The notes: generated from the sequence alone by a model not told the origin. A DNA stretch of 64,000 bases from Desulfobacterales bacterium (GCA_963668645.2 CAXXWC010000021.1:800001-864000), one strand, 5' to 3'. Positions 23,552 to 32,600 are shown, numbered from the stretch's first letter. Numbers and translations: made by a program.

Positions 23552-24105
23552 TATGCTTATCCCCTATAGGTGTCGGTACCATTCCATTCAATTTGCGGGT
23601 TCCTGAGGTCGGACGTGGCGGTACCGTATCCAGATAACGAGCATTTAATGCTCGGAAAATTGGATTGTAAATTTGCCAAGTATTTTTTCCAGAATTGCAT
23701 TGGCCATAGCCATCTTTCATGACCGCTGAAGCGGGTATCTCATCGGATCCATCGAATTGCTCATTCCATCTGTTGGGCTGCATCTTTACTCCATTGACCT
23801 CTTCGTAACAAACGCAAAGAAACTACCTATGGAACCACAAAACGGTTGGATTCTGTAAAATCAGTATGTTATCCGATTATTTTTGCCATACTTGATCATA
23901 TTTTGCGATTCTCAAGGAGCCTGTGCTTTCGTTTTCCGGGGTGTCGGCTTTGCGTCTAACTCATAGAAAACACATGTAATGATTGTCATTTACGATAGAT
24001 GGCTATCCTCTTTTTCGTTCTTGTCAAATCGTCCATTTCTTGATAATGTATTGCATATATGCCCGGTTGCGGCGATAACCTGCAATACTTTATCGGGAGG
24101 GCGAT

Positions 24106-24765
24106 ATGGATGGTTCGACCGAGGTTTCCCAGCGTCTCGCGGTCCTGTTCAAGCAGCATCCATGCTGGATGATCGGGCCGCTGAGCCAACAGATGGACTA
24201 CTCGATTCCATCAACCCGGCGATTTCTGGCCCAGAACGGCTACTACAGCAGTTTTACGCACAACGGACGATGGTATACCCTGCGTTCGATTCCTCGCTTT
24301 TCGCGCGAAGGACTGTGGTTTTACCACGACATCGGCTTTTCCCGGGCCGGCAGTCTGACCCGTACGCTGGTGGCCCTGATCGATGCCAGTCTGGCAGGGA
24401 TGAGCGCCGAAGCGCTCGGCCAAAAGTTGCGCTGCCGTTGTCATTCGGTTCTGGTCGGGTTGTACCGCCGCGGTCTTGTCCAGCGCCAGCGCCAGGGACG
24501 CGCGAACGTTTACCTGGCCAGCAATGCCAGGACCGCCGAGGCGCAACGTCGTGTCCTGGAAGCGCCCGTGGCGGCGGTGCTGCCAGCCGAGATTGCAGTG
24601 ATGGTGCTGGCCGAATTCATCCGCAAGCCGTCAGCCGAGCCGGCCGAGTTGGCCCGCCGGGTGTCGGCCCGGGCCGCCGTGCGCATCAAGGCCGACCAGA
24701 TCCGGGCGCTGTTTGCGCAGCACGGTTTAAAAAAAATGCTGCCGTTGCGGCCATCGGCCTCCTGA
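24106..24765 (+). CDS. IS orfA, unknown function (probable N-terminal part of a frameshift fusion transposase)
   Basis: GGAGG RBS; GYYSSFTHNGRWYTL..GLWF..FSRAGSL. The slippery T TTA AAA AAA run lies at 24726-24736. Confidence 0.8.
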   Translation: MDGSTEVSQRLAVLFKQHPCWMIGPLSQQMDYSIPSTRRFLAQNGYYSSFTHNGRWYTLRSIPRFSREGLWFYHDIGFSRAGSLTRTLVALIDASLAGMSAEALGQKLRCRCHSVLVGLYRRGLVQRQRQGRANVYLASNARTAEAQRRVLEAPVAAVLPAEIAVMVLAEFIRKPSAEPAELARRVSARAAVRIKADQIRALFAQHGLKKMLPLRPSAS

Positions 24766-26570
24766 GCCGCCTCAACGAACAACTGCACCAGGAGGTGCGC
24801 CCGTCGGCGTTGTTCGCGCAGCCGCCGGTGGTCGATTTTCGCTACCCGCACCGGCAGTGCTCCTGCGGCGGTGCCTTGAAAGTCCAAAAGACACAAACCA
24901 AGCGCGTGGTCAGTCTTTCGGTCACCTATATCGCCCGCCGGACCGTGCAACGCTGTACCCGTTGTGGCCGTGTCTGGGAAGATCCGGCCCTGCGTCAGCG
25001 GGTGGCGCATCGTTGCAATACCGCTTGGGACGTGCTGGTCTTTGTCGGCCGTCGCCTGTTCGAGGACTGCCACAGTGTCGGGCAGGTTCGCAACGAGCTG
25101 CTGGCCCGCGATGTGGTGCTGTCCGATTCTCAAATCACCAAACTCGGCCGCAAGTTTATCCTCTTGCTGGCTCTGGCCCATCGGCGCGCCACCCCGCGCA
25201 TCAAGCAGGCCATGGCCAGAAGCGGCGGCTATATCCTGCATCTGGATGCCGTGCATCAAGAAGATGCGCCCGCTCTGATGTCAGGCATCGACGCTCTGAG
25301 CCGCCTGGTGTTGGCCAATGTCAAGGTGCCCAGTGAACACGCCGCTCAGATCATCCCGTTTTTGGAAAAGATCAAAGACGACTATGGCGATCCGATCGCC
25401 TGTGTGCATGACATGGGCACAGGCATCTGCAAGGCGGTCGGGGCCGTGTTCCCCACAAGCAAAGACTTTGTCTGCCACTTTCATTTCTTGCGCGATGCGG
25501 GCAAAGACCTGATCGAGCCGGCCTACCGCGAGCTTCGTGGCTGCCTGCGTCGCCATGCGTTCAGCACCCGGTTCCGTGCGTTGGCCCGCCACGCCCGTCG
25601 GTTACTGGCCGAGCCGAACGCCCTGGCGATGTATCTGGCGGGCACCCAAACGGCTGCCGATTTGAGTCTCACGACCCCTGCGGCGGTCTATGCACTATCG
25701 CTGTGGAGCTTGCAGGCCAAACACTGCGGCGATGGCTACGGCTTTCCTTTCGATCGCCCCTTGCTGGTACTGGCCGAACGGCTTATGATCCTGCTCGATT
25801 GCCTGCCGCGCCTGCTACAGACACTTCCCGGCGACAACGTGGCCGGCAGCCGCTTGTTTGTCCACCTGGCACGAAAGGTGATGGATGTCGTCGCCGATCC
25901 GGTCTTCGAAAAAAGCCTCGACTCGTTACGCTGGCGTTGCCGGCTCTTTGATCAGCTTCGCCAAGCCATGCGCATCGCACCTTCCGGAGGCCGAGACGGC
26001 CTCAACGATGATGGTGCCGCACCCGCGATGGAAAGTATCCGCCAGAGCGTTGGCCAATTCCGTCACCGTCTCGATGCCGAAGCAAAGCTGGCAGCCGATC
26101 CGCTGTGCCGCAAACTGGCCGAACAGATCGACAAGTATCACGACAAACTGTTTGCCGACCCGATTGACGTGCAGACCCCTTCGGGGCCGCAGGTGGTTTA
26201 TCCCCAGCGGACCAACAACATCCTGGAACAGTTCTTTCGCAGCTTGCGCCGGGATCATCGCCGCCGTACCGGCGATAATCGCATGCACCGCGCGTTGCAA
26301 ACCATGCTGGCCGATACCCCGTTGGTGAAAAATCTGTCCAACCCCGACTACATGAAAATCCTGCTCGACGGCCGGCCCAATATCGAAGCCCTGTTTGCTG
26401 ATTTGGATCGAACCTCGGCTTCCGAGGAGCTGATACCGGCCGCGGATGCCGATCGCATTCTGCCTGGTTTTAAAGCACTGACAAAAATACCGGATCTTCC
26501 CGTTCGAATCTCACAGCGCGCTTCTGCGGCTTTATCCGGGGCAAAATCCAACCAAATTGTGTGGCCATAG
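24729..26570 (+). CDS. IS orfB, DDE transposase in the -1 frame
   Basis: Zinc-ribbon CSC..CTRC, LHLDAV, VHDMG, CHFH, TNNILEQFF. The stop TAG forms the end of the right TIR. The track's N-terminal extension from 23979 is judged spurious. Confidence 0.82.
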   Translation, partial: KKNAAVAAIGLLSRLNEQLHQEVRPSALFAQPPVVDFRYPHRQCSCGGALKVQKTQTKRVVSLSVTYIARRTVQRCTRCGRVWEDPALRQRVAHRCNTAWDVLVFVGRRLFEDCHSVGQVRNELLARDVVLSDSQITKLGRKFILLLALAHRRATPRIKQAMARSGGYILHLDAVHQEDAPALMSGIDALSRLVLANVKVPSEHAAQIIPFLEKIKDDYGDPIACVHDMGTGICKAVGAVFPTSKDFVCHFHFLRDAGKDLIEPAYRELRGCLRRHAFSTRFRALARHARRLLAEPNALAMYLAGTQTAADLSLTTPAAVYALSLWSLQAKHCGDGYGFPFDRPLLVLAERLMILLDCLPRLLQTLPGDNVAGSRLFVHLARKVMDVVADPVFEKSLDSLRWRCRLFDQLRQAMRIAPSGGRDGLNDDGAAPAMESIRQSVGQFRHRLDAEAKLAADPLCRKLAEQIDKYHDKLFADPIDVQTPSGPQVVYPQRTNNILEQFFRSLRRDHRRRTGDNRMHRALQTMLADTPLVKNLSNPDYMKILLDGRPNIEALFADLDRTSASEELIPAADADRILPGFKALTKIPDLPVRISQRASAALSGAKSNQIVWP

Positions 26571-26767
26571 GAAACTACCATGTTCACTTGGGATTGCGGC
26601 GATTTCTTTCACGCCAGGAGTCTTGACCAGCTTAGGGATACGCAAACCGTTGTATTCCAATAAGCCTGCCCAATGGAGCGGTGTCTGTCAAGGTAGATGT
26701 CGCCTTTTTTGGAAAAACATTCTCAAAGCTGGCGGCCATGTTCCACATCATCTGCGCGGTAGCCTCC

Positions 26768-26890
26768 AGCCTTGGCAATGTCAAGGGTCAAGATGAACGC
26801 TGCGCGCCCTTGACATTGCCAAGGCTTCCGGCTCGTGGGCTCATATCGAGATGATTGGCATCATCTCGATTTTTCAATCGCTCTTTGAAA
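26768..26890. repeat. Cluster of hairpins in the IS3 3' non-coding region
   Basis: Perfect 20-bp stem 26768-26787/26807-26826, perfect 11-bp stem 26845-26870, short TTTTCAA/TTGAAAA stem. Confidence 0.85.
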
Positions 26891-26901
26891 ATCATTTCTC
26901 A

Positions 26902-27969
26902 TCACGCGGCCTTTGAACAAGCCGATACGTTGGGTTGTCCGTTGTCCGGGCAGTTCAGCCAGACTTGCCGGATCGGTTCCCAGTTGCGCGTTGAGCCGCT
27001 CCACCGATCGTGCCGACGTTTTTTGGCCTGTTCATAGATCTGGTGGCGACTGGCAAGGATCTCGATGTCTTTTCCCGTATGACGCTGGTCGGGGGTGACA
27101 TATCGAATCGCGCTGTGGCGGTGTTGCTCGTTGTACCATTTAACGAAACGGTCCACCCACTGCCGGGAGGCTTCAATGCTTTCAAATCCCTTGACCGGAT
27201 ATTGCGGACGATATTTGAAGGTGCGAAACAGCGCTTCCGAGTAAGGGTTGTCATTGCTCACTCTCGGCCGGCTGTAGGACGGGGTTACACCCAGCGCCTC
27301 CATTTTCGCTTTCATGGTAAAGCCCTTTTGAGCACTCCCATTGTCTGCATGCAGCACGGGCGGATCAAGCAGGCACCCCTGGGCCATAACCGCCTTGTGA
27401 AGCAACGATGCGGCAAGGTTGGCGCTTTCCATCGGTTGGACTTCCCAACCGACGATTTTCCGGCTGTAAACATCCACAATCATGTACAGGTAATAGAACA
27501 TGCCCCGGATTGGTGATGGCAGCCACGTTATATCCCAACTCCAGACCTGATTCGGCCCTGTGGCGCAATAGCCCGCTGGGCGCTTATGGTGATGCGGTTT
27601 GGCACTCCTGCCGCGGTGATGTTGTTCATCGGCGTCACGAAGGATCCGGTAAAAACTCGATTCGGACGCGATATAGATACCCTGATCGGCCAGGATGGGC
27701 ACGATCTGGCCTGGGGCCAGACTGGCATATTCAGGCTGGTGACAGACATCCAGAACTTGCTGCCTTTCTTTTAGTGTCAGTTTATTTGCCGGTTCCGGCC
27801 GCGCGATGGTCGAACGGGTGTCCGGTTGGACTTCTCCGCTTCGGGTCCAGCGCTGGTAGGTTCGGATACTGATATCAATTACCCGACAGGCCTGCGCCAA
27901 GCGGGCACCATCGCGGCACGCGTCATTGATCAGCGATACAGTTTTACGGCGATCAGCGGTGCTGATCAT
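26902..27969 (-). CDS. IS3-family transposase OrfB
   Basis: WSWDITW, VDVYSRKIVGW, HADNG, SNDNPYSEALF. Confidence 0.93.
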   Translation of the reverse strand: MISTADRRKTVSLINDACRDGARLAQACRVIDISIRTYQRWTRSGEVQPDTRSTIARPEPANKLTLKERQQVLDVCHQPEYASLAPGQIVPILADQGIYIASESSFYRILRDADEQHHRGRSAKPHHHKRPAGYCATGPNQVWSWDITWLPSPIRGMFYYLYMIVDVYSRKIVGWEVQPMESANLAASLLHKAVMAQGCLLDPPVLHADNGSAQKGFTMKAKMEALGVTPSYSRPRVSNDNPYSEALFRTFKYRPQYPVKGFESIEASRQWVDRFVKWYNEQHRHSAIRYVTPDQRHTGKDIEILASRHQIYEQAKKRRHDRWSGSTRNWEPIRQVWLNCPDNGQPNVSACSKAA

Positions 27970-28460
27970 TCGTCCTCGGGGGCCCCCCAGATCGCCTGGA
28001 CTTTTTTTTGCAGCACCAGCAGGGCTGCCGCTTCGGCAAGGGCCTTGTCCTTGCGATGGAGTTCTTTTTCAAGATCCCTGATACGCTTACGGTGGGTATT
28101 CTGCTCGGCCTTGAGTTTAATGTTGGCCTGTCTGTCCCAGTCGTTGGCATCTTCACAGGCCCTGCGCCATTGTTCCAACTGATGTGGATAAATGCCTTTT
28201 TGTCTACAGTATTCGGCCGTTTGCTGTTCGTTCAAAGAGGCGCTTTCCATGACAGCCGCGAACTTGTCACGGGCATTCCAGCCCTCGGGACCGGCATCGC
28301 CGTCAGGCATCAAAATCCCTTTCGTCCGGGCTTGCTGGCGCCAATTGTATAACGTGGCTTCACTTATGCCTTCTTCGACAGCCAGATGTTTGATCGTTCG
28401 GTTGTGCGGCGGCATCATCTTTTTGAGAACCGCTTCCTTACGCTCTGGTGAATATCGCAT
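27966..28460 (-). CDS. IS3-family transposase OrfA
   Basis: HTH (EEGISEATLYNWR), ALAEAAALLVLQKK; ATGA overlap with orfB. Confidence 0.92.
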   Translation of the reverse strand: MRYSPERKEAVLKKMMPPHNRTIKHLAVEEGISEATLYNWRQQARTKGILMPDGDAGPEGWNARDKFAAVMESASLNEQQTAEYCRQKGIYPHQLEQWRRACEDANDWDRQANIKLKAEQNTHRKRIRDLEKELHRKDKALAEAAALLVLQKKVQAIWGAPEDE

Positions 28461-28548
28461 GCATGAACCTCCTGCGCCCCTCTTATAAAGGATCTCAGTT
28501 CATGCGACAACTATCCTGACACAGGGGGGGAGGGTTGTGCTTTCATTT

Positions 28549-29136
28549 TTAATCATCAATAAAATTAGGGTACAATTTTTTTATGCATTCAGGACAAATA
28601 CCATGACTGAATTCTGCATCGGAATGTTTCTTTATATAAACTTCTATCTGGTTCCAATATCCCTTATCGTCTCTAATTTTTTTGCACGAAGAACAAATTG
28701 GGAGCATGCCACGCAGTCGCTTTATTTCGGATTCATGTTCTCGCAAAACCAACCTTCTGGCCTCGACACTATCCGTAATGTCAATACAACTACCTATATA
28801 ACCGCCAAAATTCCCTTGTTCGTCCTCGAATGGCACTCCTCGATCGAATATCCAGCGATACTCTCCGTCATGCCGCCGGAGTCGGTATTCCATTTCAAAG
28901 ATTTCTCGTTTTTTGAAAGACGACAGGTATATTTCAAGACACATATTATAATCTTCTGAATGAATACCTTCTGCCCATCCATTACCAAGCTCCTGTTCCA
29001 TTCTTCGTCCAGTGAAATTCAACCACTGTTGGTTGAAATAATCACACTCAGTTGAGGTATTGGCTCTCCAGATCATAATAGGAGCCTGTTCGACAATGAC
29101 CATGTATTCATTATAAGATAGTTTTCTTTTCTTCAT
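28549..29136 (-). CDS. PAS-domain protein with C-terminal Cys/His-rich domain
   Basis: YFNQQWLNFTG, EYRLRRHDGEYRW, LPICSSCKKIRDDKGYW..FSHGICPEC. AGAGGA RBS; the track's longer N-terminus runs into IS3. Confidence 0.85.
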   Translation of the reverse strand: MKKRKLSYNEYMVIVEQAPIMIWRANTSTECDYFNQQWLNFTGRRMEQELGNGWAEGIHSEDYNMCLEIYLSSFKKREIFEMEYRLRRHDGEYRWIFDRGVPFEDEQGNFGGYIGSCIDITDSVEARRLVLREHESEIKRLRGMLPICSSCKKIRDDKGYWNQIEVYIKKHSDAEFSHGICPECIKKLYPNFIDD

Positions 29137-29194
29137 CTTCATCTTCCTCTTTCTGTTTGCAAGTTGATCTTGCCCCGAAAAAGTGGACACGAGG

Positions 29195-30058
29195 TTAAGC
29201 CGCAAGGAGGAAACCTTCATATTCTTGCGGGATTGCGTAATAAATCGATGAGTGGCGTCTTTTTCGGTTGTACAAAACCTCAATGTAATAAAACAGGCTT
29301 TGGATCGCTTCTGACCGGCTGTGGTACCGTTCGTGGTAAACCCACTCCATTTTGAGGCGGCCAAAGAAGCTTTCCGCCACGGCATTGTCATGGCAGTTGC
29401 CTTTGCGGCTCATGCCGCAGATCATGCCACGCTCTTTGAGAATCTTTTGATAATCGGCCGAAGCGTACTGGCTGCCGCGGTCCGTATGATGTAGCAGCCC
29501 TTGCTCCGGCTGCCGCTTACCAAGAGCCATTTCCAGAGCATCTATGGCCAGTTGCCGCGTCATTCGGCTGGCAGCGGACCAATCGAGGACTTCTCGGTTG
29601 TACAAATCCAACAGCACGGCCAGGTACAGCCAGCCCTCGTCGGTCCAGATGTAGGTTATGTCGCCGACCCATGCGGTGTCGGGAGCCTTTGCGTTGAAGT
29701 CCCGGTCAAGTAAATTCTGTGCAACTGGTAGATTATGCCGAGAGTTCGTCGTTGCCTTGAACTTCTTTCTCGTCCGAGATCGGATACCGGCATTTCGCAT
29801 GATACGGGCGACACGGTTTTTCTCGCAACGTACGCCGTCATCGTTCAGATCCTGGTGGATCCGCGGCGCTCCGTAGATACCGTGACTGTTTGCATGTGAG
29901 AGTCGGATTCGATTCTCCAGAACCCGGTTTTCACGGCTCCGGCGGCTCTCCGGACGCTTTTTCCAGGCATAGAAGCCGGATCGGGAGACGTTTAGCAACT
30001 TGCACATGCGGCCTACAGTGAACGTCTCCACGTGTTCAGAGATGAATCGAAATTTCAT
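29195..30058 (-). CDS. IS3-family transposase OrfB
   Basis: WVGDITYI, LDLYNRE, HTDRGSQY, DNAVAESFF. Confidence 0.92.
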   Translation of the reverse strand: MKFRFISEHVETFTVGRMCKLLNVSRSGFYAWKKRPESRRSRENRVLENRIRLSHANSHGIYGAPRIHQDLNDDGVRCEKNRVARIMRNAGIRSRTRKKFKATTNSRHNLPVAQNLLDRDFNAKAPDTAWVGDITYIWTDEGWLYLAVLLDLYNREVLDWSAASRMTRQLAIDALEMALGKRQPEQGLLHHTDRGSQYASADYQKILKERGMICGMSRKGNCHDNAVAESFFGRLKMEWVYHERYHSRSEAIQSLFYYIEVLYNRKRRHSSIYYAIPQEYEGFLLAA

Positions 30059-30354
30059 TTCTGATCCTCCGCAAAGTAGGCCAGCGCTTTTTTTAGGATG
30101 TCACGCTCCTGTTTGACGCGATCCAGCTCACGGCGGAGGTTACGCATTTCCTCGTCCGGAGCGGCAAGCTTTCCTTTACCAGGAAAAGCGTGCAGGGGTT
30201 CTTTAGCCAGTTCTGACTTCCAGCGTCGTAACACGCTGTATTCTATACCGAGATTCCGCGAGGCCTCAGCAATGCTGTATCCCTTTTGGGTAATCAGGTT
30301 CACAGCCTCGACCTTGAATTCTCGTGAGTAGTTCTTTCTCTTTTTCAGTGCCAT
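30055..30354 (-). CDS. IS3-family transposase OrfA
   Basis: YSREFKVEAV..SVLRRWK..ERDILKKALAYF. Confidence 0.92.
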   Translation of the reverse strand: MALKKRKNYSREFKVEAVNLITQKGYSIAEASRNLGIEYSVLRRWKSELAKEPLHAFPGKGKLAAPDEEMRNLRRELDRVKQERDILKKALAYFAEDQK

Positions 30355-30421
30355 TGGAACACCTCCTGACGCCCGTATACATTGGGCTTTTCGGGGTGTC
30401 CACTAATTTGGGGGAAGATCA

Positions 30422-30725
30422 CTTCCGATGGGCGCGTACCAGGCGGTTCGCAATACTTACCGGGATATCGCCGGATAGCGGACCTTCCCCCATAGTTCTT
30501 TTCCAGATACAAGACACTTGACTGTTGCCTCACAAAGGAGAATATAGCTACGCTCAATGACTTGGCAGATCAGGTGCTCGGGGATCGATACTCGCCTGAC
30601 GAGATGGCGGGTGTCAACCAATAACAACTGCAGGCCCTGACTCCCGGCCCGGGGGCAACAGCTTTTAACAGAGGTCACACATAGGGGACTTACACCCTGT
30701 AAGTTCACGCCCATACCGGGCGGAC
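30422..30725 (-). mobile_element. Internally deleted group IIC intron relic
   Basis: 5' end GTCCGCCCGGTATGGGCGTGAACTTACAGGGTGTAAGTCCCCT; IEP-like tail LVSGKELWGKVRYPAISR*; domain V start GAACCGCCTGGTACG (30449-30435); breaks off near the IS3 end. Confidence 0.7.
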
Positions 30726-30780
30726 ACCATGCGTCGGAAGCCGACGCAAAAGGGCCGCGCGGCTGAGGCATGGCCTTGGC
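30726..30780 (+). repeat. Degenerate attC-like site (intron target)
   Basis: ACCATGCGTCGGAAGCCGACGCAAAAGGGCCGCGCGGCTGAGGCATGGCCTTGGC is an imperfect palindrome (CCATGC/GCATGG, AGCCG/CGGCT) with a decayed GTTRRRY end. Confidence 0.5.
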
Positions 30781-30797
30781 TTGAAAGGTGAATTTGG

Positions 30798-31457
30798 ATG
30801 GAACTGCCGCCAGACATGTATAACGTCATCATAGGGTTGAGCATTTTGGTCGGAGCCGTTCAGTGCTTTTTTGGCTACCGCATCTTCAAGATCATTCTCG
30901 GACTGACCGGATTCCTCCTTGGCGCGGCACTGGGAGGTGCCATCGGCTATTCCATTTGGCCGCAGGAAGTGGCCGCGTTGGCGGCCGGCCTGGTGGGCGG
31001 AATCATCGGCGCCGCAGTGCTCGTTGCGTTGTACTTCTTCGGCGTATTTTTGATTGGTGCCTTTCTGGGAGGAGTCCTCGGTCAAGTTTTCTTTGCCGTA
31101 GCCGAAAGCAACCCGCAACCCGCGGTCATGCTCATCGTTGCCGTCATCGTCGGCGTCGTCGCATTGTTCTTCCAAAAATTCATGATCATTGTGTCGACCG
31201 GTTTTGGGGGCGCATGGATCGTCGTCGTCGGCATCGCCTATTTTACTACAGGGGCAATCGATTTAACAAATCTGGAGAGAATGTACAGGTCCGGCGGAAG
31301 TCTCACGTACGCCATGCTGTTGTGCTGGATCGCACTGGGCATAATCGGAGTCATTGTGCAGTACAAATCCGCTCCGACCGAGGTAAAGAAAGCCCGCCCA
31401 TCGTCCGCCCCCGACAGGGAGAAACACACAGCGCTTCCGTCGGCAGGTGAACGCTAA
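30798..31457 (+). CDS. Membrane protein, DUF4203/TMEM198-like
   Basis: CFFGYRIFK..GFLLG, STGFGGA, Gly-rich TM helices, GVIVQY. Confidence 0.8.
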   Translation: MELPPDMYNVIIGLSILVGAVQCFFGYRIFKIILGLTGFLLGAALGGAIGYSIWPQEVAALAAGLVGGIIGAAVLVALYFFGVFLIGAFLGGVLGQVFFAVAESNPQPAVMLIVAVIVGVVALFFQKFMIIVSTGFGGAWIVVVGIAYFTTGAIDLTNLERMYRSGGSLTYAMLLCWIALGIIGVIVQYKSAPTEVKKARPSSAPDREKHTALPSAGER

Positions 31458-31519
31458 GAATGCCCTGCGGTCCGGTACGAAGCCGGAAGCCCAACCACCT
31501 ACCGGGACCGGACGATGAT

Positions 31520-32386
31520 ATGACCGACAACAAAACAGGGAAAAGCCTGCTGTCCATCCATGCCGCAGTACTGCTGTTCGGCACTGCCGGCCTGTTTGGA
31601 AAGCTCGTGGCCCAGCCTTCGACAGTCATCGTGTTCGGCCGGGTCCTGTTTGCCTCCCTGTTCCTGGTTGCCGTGTCGGGATACCGCAGGCACCCGATCC
31701 GTCTGAAAGCTCCTGCCGATTATGCGACCATGGCCGCTCTGGGCGGCCTGCTGGCCGTCCACTGGGTAGCCTTTTTCCAGTCCATCCAGATTGCTACCGT
31801 TGCCGTCGGCCTGCTGACTTTCTCCACCTTTCCTGTATTCGTCACATTTCTGGAACCGCTGCTATTCAAGGAACGCCTTCGGTGGGGAGATGCCGTGATC
31901 GCAGCCGTGACGCTCTTCGGGGTGTGGCTTGTCGTTCCGCAATTCGACGAGGCCAGCCGAATCGCCCGCGGCGCGCTGTGGGGTGTGGGCGCCGGCGCCT
32001 CCTTCGCGCTGTTGAGTGTATGCAACCGAAAGGCAGTGTCATCCTATTCCGGGCTGACCGTCGCTTTTTACCAGGATGCCGCCGCCGCAGTCTTTTTGCT
32101 GCCATGGGTCTGGATACGACGCCCGGTGGTGGGCTGGCACGACGCCGTGGCACTAGTGTTCCTCGGCGTGGTGTTTACCGGTGTCTCCCACGCCCTGTTC
32201 ATCCAGGGGTTGCGACGCGTGAAGGCCCACACGGCGAGCATCATCACCTGCCTGGAGCCAGTATACGGCATTGTCCTAGCCGCTGCCCTGCTCAAGGAAA
32301 TTCCAGGCGTCCGGGAGAGTTGCGGCGGTGCCGTCATCCTGGCTGCAAGCTTCTGGGTGAGCCTGCGTGCCCGGCCGCGTCGCTGA
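31520..32386 (+). CDS. DMT/EamA-family transporter
   Basis: About ten TM helices, HWVAFFQSI, TFPVFVTFLEP, LEPVYGI. Confidence 0.88.
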   Translation: MTDNKTGKSLLSIHAAVLLFGTAGLFGKLVAQPSTVIVFGRVLFASLFLVAVSGYRRHPIRLKAPADYATMAALGGLLAVHWVAFFQSIQIATVAVGLLTFSTFPVFVTFLEPLLFKERLRWGDAVIAAVTLFGVWLVVPQFDEASRIARGALWGVGAGASFALLSVCNRKAVSSYSGLTVAFYQDAAAAVFLLPWVWIRRPVVGWHDAVALVFLGVVFTGVSHALFIQGLRRVKAHTASIITCLEPVYGIVLAAALLKEIPGVRESCGGAVILAASFWVSLRARPRR

Positions 32387-32404
32387 CCAGCGGGTCGATA
32401 AAGC

Positions 32405-32548
32405 GGGATTTGCCGTTTTGCCTTCGAACGATCCTTCGCAGGAACGCCCTTGCCGCCGGCTATTGCTTATGCTAATGATTGCAGACATTAACGGGGTTTA
32501 CATTTAGGGGACTTGCACCCCATAAGTTCACGTCCATGCCGGGTGTAC
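32405..32548 (-). mobile_element. Group IIC intron 5' (domain I) relic
   Basis: GTACACCCGGCATGGACGTGAACTTATGGGGTGCAAGTCCCCT..TAGCCGGCGGCAAGGGCGTT..CGGCAAATC; homologous to the 30725 copy. Confidence 0.68.
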
Positions 32549-32600
32549 ACGAGGTTTTTGCAGCGGATCGCAAAAAGCCGCGTTATTTATTTCGGTTAGT
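32549..32600 (+). repeat. Partial attC-like site adjoining intron relic 2
   Basis: AC..GCAGCGGATCGCAAAAAGCCGCG resembles the core of the 30726 site; ends near GTTAGT. Confidence 0.35.

Larger units (their letters stand above)
23827..26570 (+). mobile_element. Complete unclassified IS (Mutator/IS256-like DDE), 2744 bp
   Basis: TIRs CTATGGAACCACAAAACGGTTGGATT and (reverse complement of right end) CTATGGCCACACAATTTGGTTGGATT match 20/26. 8-bp TSD GAAACTAC at 23819-23826 and 26571-26578. Confidence 0.9.
23757..26681 (-). pseudogene. Phosphotransferase (APH/choline kinase-like) fragment split by the 23827-26570 element
   Basis: Removing the element and one TSD gives LHWAGLLEYNGLRIPKLVKTPGVKEIAAIPSEHGSFFAFV, then after a frameshift YEEVNGVKMQPNRWNEQF. 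Confidence 0.45.
26684..28523 (-). mobile_element. IS3-family element 1 (ends approximate)
   Basis: TIRs TGTCAAGGTAGATGTCGC and TGTCAGGATAGTTGTCGC; orfA/orfB with an A8 slippery site at 28002-28009; no TSD seen. Confidence 0.88.
29165..30421 (-). mobile_element. IS3-family element 2
   Basis: TIRs TGATCTTGCCCCGAAAAAGTGGACAC and TGATCTTCCCCCAAATTAGTGGACAC; A7G slippery site near 30088-30095; no TSD. Confidence 0.9.

Noticed and set aside
23979..24728. N-terminal 250 aa of the 863-aa track ORF
   Set aside because: It is a shadow frame over orfA (24106-24765), which has the RBS and protein-like sequence
23973..26583. CATGT direct repeat as the TSD of the unclassified element
   Set aside because: Superseded by the 8-bp GAAACTAC TSD that directly abuts real TIRs
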